Source of the DNA: Gemmatimonas sp.
GTDB lineage: Bacteria; Gemmatimonadota; Gemmatimonadetes; Gemmatimonadales; Gemmatimonadaceae
Direction of reading: 5' to 3'
DNA length: 64,000 nucleotides
NCBI GenBank assembly: GCA_965279375.1
Contig: OZ257156.1
Coordinates: 4,480,001 to 4,544,000 of the forward strand
Of this stretch, positions 59,012 to 64,000 are shown piece after piece. The notes under the pieces were generated by a model. That model did not search any database and was not told the DNA's origin. It was given only the letters and a program-made list of their open reading frames with translations. Position numbers and translations under genes: made by a program. The first letter of the stretch is position 1; every line of letters starts with the position of its first letter.

Positions 59012-60394
59012 CTATCGCGTTCGCCGTCGTGCGCGGAGCGTGATTTCCTTGAGCGGTCGCGTGGTGAGTCGCGCCACCGGCACCACCGGCTCGTCACCGA
59101 CGACTTCGAAGTCGTAGCGGCGCACGAGCCGTGCGATGATGAGTGCGGCTTCGAGTGTCGCGAACGCCGCGCCAACGCAGATGCGCGGCCCCACGCCAAA
59201 CGGGATGTACGCGCCGGGCGTGAGCTCGTGTGATCGCTCCGACGACCAGCGGTCGGGATCGAATCGGTCCGGGTTCTTCCAGAGCTTTTCGTGGCGATGA
59301 ATGAGCCACGGCGCCACCATGAGCATGCCGCCACGTTTCACGCGATGCGGTCCTACCGTCACGTCTTCCAGCGCCACGCGCGGCAGGAAGGTGATCGGCG
59401 CGTAAAGTCGCAGCGTCTCGCGAAACATGTCGCGCACCGTGGCGAAGCGCTTCGCATGCTCGATCTCGACGGGACCGTCGCCGCACACCTCATCGACTTC
59501 GGCGCGAATGCGCGCCACCATCTGCGGCTGCATTGCCAGCAAGTAAAACACCCACGTCAGCGTGCTGGCGCTCGTTTCGTGGCCGGCGAGAAAGAACACA
59601 CCCAGCTCGTCGACCAGTTCGTCGCGCGTGAATCCTTCCCCGGTGTCCGAATCGCGCGCCGCCATCGTGGACGCGACCATGTCGTCGTGCACGGGTGCGC
59701 CCGGCGCGAGTCGCGGATCGAGCATGTCGCCGATGTGCTGCCGAATGCGGCGACAGGCGTCCACCACCACCGCGGGCTGCTTGGTGCGCGACCACGCCTT
59801 GTCGAGCAGCAGCGCCTTGATGTTCACGCTGGCCACGGTGCGTTCGAAGATCGTGAACGCCTCAAAGACGTCATGTGCCGCACTCGTGGCCAGCGGCGTC
59901 GAGAAAATCGTCCGCGTAATCACGTCGGCGGTCAGATGTCCCATCGCCTGATCGAGCGAGTAGGACTCGCCCTTCTCACACAGCTCGTCCATCCATGCTT
60001 CGTGCGTATCGACGGCGTCCTTCATCTGGCCGAACGCGCGATTGATCCGCATGTGCGAAAACGACGGCTCGATCATGCGCCGCTGCTTGCGCCAGAGCGC
60101 GCCGCTGGACACGAACATCGCGTCGCCTACGAGATCTTCGAGCGCGTCCACCATCAGATCGCTCTTGGGAAAGATCCCCTGCGGATCGCTCAGCACATGC
60201 GCTGCGAGCGTGGGCTCGTTGATCAGAAAAATGCCGCGCCGAGTCTTCCCGACCTCCATCGTCATCTCGCGATACGCGTCGATCGGCACGAGGCTCAGTA
60301 GGCTGCGCTCGCGGCGCCACATCATGCGCAACAGGGAGCGCACGGGCGAAATCGGCGAGGGCGCCGGCGGACGGTACAGCGTGGATTCGCTCAT
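59012..60394 (-). CDS. Cytochrome P450
   Basis: LAGHETS, ETLR, FDPDRW, PFGVGPRICVG. Confidence 0.96.
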   Translation of the reverse strand: MSESTLYRPPAPSPISPVRSLLRMMWRRERSLLSLVPIDAYREMTMEVGKTRRGIFLINEPTLAAHVLSDPQGIFPKSDLMVDALEDLVGDAMFVSSGALWRKQRRMIEPSFSHMRINRAFGQMKDAVDTHEAWMDELCEKGESYSLDQAMGHLTADVITRTIFSTPLATSAAHDVFEAFTIFERTVASVNIKALLLDKAWSRTKQPAVVVDACRRIRQHIGDMLDPRLAPGAPVHDDMVASTMAARDSDTGEGFTRDELVDELGVFFLAGHETSASTLTWVFYLLAMQPQMVARIRAEVDEVCGDGPVEIEHAKRFATVRDMFRETLRLYAPITFLPRVALEDVTVGPHRVKRGGMLMVAPWLIHRHEKLWKNPDRFDPDRWSSERSHELTPGAYIPFGVGPRICVGAAFATLEAALIIARLVRRYDFEVVGDEPVVPVARLTTRPLKEITLRARRRTR

Positions 60395-60428
60395 GCCTGA
60401 CCGGCGATCGCTATCGTGTGCGGTGACA

Positions 60429-60812
60429 CTATTTGCCGCTGCGGGCATCCGCGCGCAGTGCCCACCAGGTCCAGCCGAGTCCGACCGCTTCGTTGCCGGC
60501 AATGCCGAGCAAGAGCACGGGCGCGATGCCCAGAATCACCAGCGTGGTGAAGCTGACGATCATGATGCCGTGCCCCCAGAGACTCGCGCGTGCCATCACC
60601 GTCAGGTCGTTGCGACCCGCGACGATGTAGTACGTGCCCAGCACCATCGCCGACGTACCAAGCAAACGAATCCAGTGCTCGGTGGTGGGCTTGGTGAGCA
60701 GCAGAAAGAGCGCGGTGTTGGGCGCAACGAGCAGGAAGGTGCCCATGAAGAGGGCATACGCACCGAAGCCAACCAGACTCTTCCCCGTCCGACTGATGCT
60801 GACTCCACTCAC
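60429..60812 (-). CDS. Small four-TM hypothetical protein
   Basis: 127 aa, hydrophobic; 4-bp overlap with the upstream gene. Confidence 0.7.
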   Translation of the reverse strand: MSGVSISRTGKSLVGFGAYALFMGTFLLVAPNTALFLLLTKPTTEHWIRLLGTSAMVLGTYYIVAGRNDLTVMARASLWGHGIMIVSFTTLVILGIAPVLLLGIAGNEAVGLGWTWWALRADARSGK

Positions 60813-61543
60813 GCGCGCACACTCGCGGCGGACGCCGCCTTCTTGGGCGCGTACTGCTTACGAATCTGGTACTGGTGGTAGAAGATCAGCCCCAGCCCCA
60901 CCGTGAGCGGAATCGCCCACGTCGCCGGATTGAGCGCATGCTCAGGCATCAGCCGCACGAGCCCGAACGTCATGAACGCGGTGTACACCGAAATGCCCGC
61001 GCCGACCAGCGCCTTCACATGCTCCAGCAGAAACGCGTGCTTGGGCGGCGCATTGGAGTAGGTGAAGACAAGGTTGGTGATACCCGACGCAACACCGACA
61101 ATCGAGATGCCGATCATCAGCGGCTGCGAAATCATGAACCCGCGCACGGCGCAGTTCACGGCCGCGATGATCACCAGGATCTGCAGGAACACATCGAACT
61201 TCCCGCGATTCGCTTCGTGATTGCGCTTGTTCTCCACCACACCGCGCCCGTGCCACGCCAGGCTGATCGTGAGGATGGCGAGGTAGACCATCATCCACCC
61301 AAAGATGCCCGTCACCATTGTGACGTCCGGCAGCTTGGGATGCGTACCGATGGGATCGAGGATCGTAGCCGTGCCCATGCCGATCGCGAAGCATCCCGTC
61401 ACGAGCATGCTGTACACGAACACTCGGCCCCACTGTTTGTGCACCGGCCCTCCCTTGCGGGACAGCACCGCTACCCAGAACAGCACCAGGCCGACGGCAC
61501 CGGTGGCGATATGCGCCTTCACCAAGTACGGGAACGGCGACAT
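60809..61543 (-). CDS. DUF2306-like membrane protein
   Basis: HIATG, KGGPVHKQWGRVF, EH....GAGISVYTAF. Confidence 0.7.
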   Translation of the reverse strand: MSPFPYLVKAHIATGAVGLVLFWVAVLSRKGGPVHKQWGRVFVYSMLVTGCFAIGMGTATILDPIGTHPKLPDVTMVTGIFGWMMVYLAILTISLAWHGRGVVENKRNHEANRGKFDVFLQILVIIAAVNCAVRGFMISQPLMIGISIVGVASGITNLVFTYSNAPPKHAFLLEHVKALVGAGISVYTAFMTFGLVRLMPEHALNPATWAIPLTVGLGLIFYHQYQIRKQYAPKKAASAASVRA

Positions 61544-61685
61544 GCAGGAGTCTCGGTTGGAACGATCGGAAGGGACATGACGACGAACGGCCGGAATCTG
61601 TTTCGCGCTCACCGAATGAGCAATGCACGCGAATGTTCGCCGTTACACATGCAGAAATCGCGCGTGCGCGTGCGCCGCCGACTCG

Positions 61686-62006
61686 CTACGCCTGCTCAGC
61701 GACAGTCGCGGGGCGAAGCGCAAGATAGATGAGCAGCGGCGGACACCCGAAAATCAGCGTGGCCGGCCACCACGCCATCGATCGGCGCCGCTGCTTGAGA
61801 TCGCGTGCGAGCCACACCAGGACGCAGGCTGTGAAAACACCCATGTCGTTCCAGGCCATGAAGACCATGGGATCCTGCCGCAGCGTCATCCACGCGTGGG
61901 ACAGTCCGGCACTCACGGTCCCGTGCGTCTGCATCCAGAGGTAGAACGCGTACTGCTCGTACGCGAAGAAGAGCGCGGCAGTGAGAAACAGCAGCGGTCG
62001 GCGCAT
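61686..62006 (-). CDS. Small membrane protein (DUF2834-like)
   Basis: 106 aa, three TMs, pattern ND...F...VW...D.....W...L..G....L.YL. Confidence 0.6.
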   Translation of the reverse strand: MRRPLLFLTAALFFAYEQYAFYLWMQTHGTVSAGLSHAWMTLRQDPMVFMAWNDMGVFTACVLVWLARDLKQRRRSMAWWPATLIFGCPPLLIYLALRPATVAEQA

Positions 62007-62048
62007 GCAACGTGGGATGAGGGATTCGATCGAAGTGCACTTCGGAAG

Positions 62049-62636
62049 CTACCAGGCGAACCGCACGCCGCCGCCCCATCGGCCGTCTGGCATCGTGCGA
62101 ACCGTCGCGCGCACGCGGGCCGTCGGCAACGCGGCGGCGTCCCACCGCTCGCGACCGATCAGCGCGCCGAATCCTGCGCCATAGAGCGCACCCGTCACGG
62201 CGAACACCGCCGTGATCGCGACGCGTTCGGCGAAGTTCATTCCATCAGCCGAACGGCACCCTGACGGGTTGGTCGTCGGCGCTGCGTCCACGTAGCAGGT
62301 CTCCACCGTCTCGCCAATCAGAAGGCCGAACGGTGCGAACACCGCCGCGGTCCAGAGCGCGCCGGTACGCGCCCCGTAGCTCCGACTGCGCCCGCTGCTC
62401 AACTCCAGCGCAGTGATCTGCGATATGGCGATATCGAATGGCTGTCCCGACCGTCGCGCGATGCGCAGCGTGTCGCCATGTCGCTCGAGCACCGTCCCCG
62501 TCACCCGCGTGCCCAGCTCTGGTGAGCGGACGCGCACCTTTGCGCCAGCCACGACCTCCGCGAGCTGTGCGTCGGCACGACGCGGTGCGAGGCAGAATCC
62601 AAGAACGACTGCACCGATCAGCAACACTGCGCGCAT
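62049..62636 (-). CDS. Exported hypothetical protein with Gly-rich hydrophobic segments
   Basis: Signal peptide (ADA-Q); GALYGAGFGALIG glycine zipper; C-terminal GVRFAW. Confidence 0.6.
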   Translation of the reverse strand: MRAVLLIGAVVLGFCLAPRRADAQLAEVVAGAKVRVRSPELGTRVTGTVLERHGDTLRIARRSGQPFDIAISQITALELSSGRSRSYGARTGALWTAAVFAPFGLLIGETVETCYVDAAPTTNPSGCRSADGMNFAERVAITAVFAVTGALYGAGFGALIGRERWDAAALPTARVRATVRTMPDGRWGGGVRFAW

Positions 62637-62787
62637 CACTCCCCCGGAAAGTGCACCCGTATGCACGCTGCGCGGCGCGCTCCCCAGCGTCAAGCACTCG
62701 CGGTCGATAGCTTTCCCTCGCGCGCACTGTCCGGTCGCGTCATCGGCCCCTGCGCCTCGCTGCACCGTCCCTTTACCACCGCCCGCC

Positions 62788-63576
62788 ATGCGAATCGTCG
62801 GAGGCAAGTTTGCCGGCCGTCACCTTACCTCGCCCAATGACTTCCGGGTCCGTCCCACCGGAGAGCAAGTGCGCGCGGCCATGGTTGGCATGCTGGGCGA
62901 AGATCTGAAGGACGCCCGGATTCTCGATCTGTTTGCCGGCACCGGTGCGCTCGGCCTCGAAGCCGTCTCGCGTGGCGCCAAGTACGTGGACTTCGTGGAG
63001 TTCCGTCCGTCGAGCCTCCACGCACTCAAGGCCAACATCGCCCTACTCGGCGTGCAGTCCAAGTGCCGCATCTTCAAGAAGGACGCGCTGCCCTTCGCGG
63101 CCGCCCTGCTCGCGGATCGATACGACATCGTCTTCGTCGATCCACCGTATCACTCGAAGATGCTCGATCGACTGCTGGACTCGTGGCGCGCGGTGCCCTT
63201 CGCACGCATTTTCGCCGTTGAACACGCGGCGTCGCATGTACTGCCGCTCGGCGGGCGTCTGCGGTTGTTCGACGAGACCGCCGTCACGATCTACCACCGC
63301 GACGAACTGCCGCTGACCGAGGCGCCAATCGTCGCCGCGATTGCCCCGACGCCTGCAGCGAAGAAAGCCGCGGGTGCGAAGACGCCGATGAAGAAGTCCG
63401 CGACGAAGCGTCCGGCTACAAAGCGTCCTGCGACGAAGCGTCCGGCGTCGAGTCGCTCAGCGACGGCGAAGGCTCCGGCAAAGAAGGCTCCCGCAAAGAA
63501 GTCGGCTTCCTCGCGCCCTTCCGCCGCGCCTTCTTCGCGGCCTTCTCGGCCGCGAGGCGCTCCAAAGCGGAAATAG
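62788..63576 (+). CDS. rsmD: 16S rRNA m2G966 methyltransferase with a Lys/Ala/Pro-rich tail
   Basis: MRIVGGKFAGR, RPT, LDLFAGTGALGLEAVSRGA, DPPY. Confidence 0.9.
   Translation: MRIVGGKFAGRHLTSPNDFRVRPTGEQVRAAMVGMLGEDLKDARILDLFAGTGALGLEAVSRGAKYVDFVEFRPSSLHALKANIALLGVQSKCRIFKKDALPFAAALLADRYDIVFVDPPYHSKMLDRLLDSWRAVPFARIFAVEHAASHVLPLGGRLRLFDETAVTIYHRDELPLTEAPIVAAIAPTPAAKKAAGAKTPMKKSATKRPATKRPATKRPASSRSATAKAPAKKAPAKKSASSRPSAAPSSRPSRPRGAPKRK
63400..63444 (+). repeat. In-frame tandem repeat, 3 x 15 bp, encoding (ATKRP)3
   Basis: GCGACGAAGCGTCCG / GCTACAAAGCGTCCT / GCGACGAAGCGTCCG. Confidence 0.85.
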
Positions 63577-64000
63577 CCGCCTCACGCTCGGCGATCACGC
63601 GCTCGCGCTCCACCCACGCGGCGCGCTCACGATCCTCGACTTCACGCGTGCGCCGCAGACTCTCGGCCTCTCGCCACGCCGCCACCTTCGCGTGGTCGCC
63701 GCCAATCAGCACTTCGGGCACGCGATAACCGCGATACTCCGCCGGCCGCGAGTAGCTGGGCGCACTGATGCCGCGATCGTAGAACGAATCGGTGCGTGCG
63801 CTCTCGAGATCGCTCATCGCGCCGGGCAACAGCCGCACCGTCGCATCGATGATCGCCAGCGCCGCCGGCTCTCCGCCGCTGAGCACGAAATCGCCGAGTG
63901 AGAGCTCTTCGGTGGCGAGATGCTGTGCGACGCGTTCGTCAACGTCCTTGTAGTGCCCGCAGAGCAGCGTGAGCTCGGTGCCTTCGGAAAATCGAACCGC
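63416..64000 (-). CDS. trmD: tRNA (guanine37-N1)-methyltransferase, 3' part; start lies outside the window
   Basis: Frame is open from 64000: LLCGHYKDVDERV, SLGDFVLSGGE, RLLPG, YSRP, VPEVLIGGDHAKV..WR. Confidence 0.95.
   Translation of the reverse strand, partial: AVRFSEGTELTLLCGHYKDVDERVAQHLATEELSLGDFVLSGGEPAALAIIDATVRLLPGAMSDLESARTDSFYDRGISAPSYSRPAEYRGYRVPEVLIGGDHAKVAAWREAESLRRTREVEDRERAAWVERERVIAEREAAISALERLAAEKAAKKARRKGARKPTSLREPSLPEPSPSLSDSTPDASSQDAL

Overview
This 64 kb window is GC-rich bacterial chromosome; gene content and protein style suggest Gemmatimonadota (inference, not verified). I can support about 56 CDS and one tRNA-Lys(UUU), and I see no CRISPR array, integrase, transposase, rRNA or phage genes. 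Housekeeping genes are a metX-hom fusion, holB, moaC, rnhB, rplS, msrA, rsmD and a partial trmD. Between them lie many hydrolases and peptidases, a NarL-type two-component pair, MscS, a glycosyltransferase operon, a DASH cryptochrome and carotenoid genes (cruF-like, crtI) facing a P450 operon. The most notable loci are: (1) an orphan membrane protein (3437-4624) carrying both PmoC/AmoC-type copper-site motifs at the native spacing, translationally coupled to a His/Met-rich exported protein, with no pmoA/pmoB in the window; (2) a Ser/Thr kinase + two CsgG/TolB_N-like proteins + putative beta-barrel + nine-repeat Cys-rich surface lipoprotein locus, with a G8 tract in a candidate promoter spacer; (3) trmD and rplS separated by about 39 kb, with the trmD and rsmD tails overlapping antisense. 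Tandem CRP-like palindromes and 11-bp-period direct repeats are also visible. Family assignments come from motif recognition only; no database searches were run.
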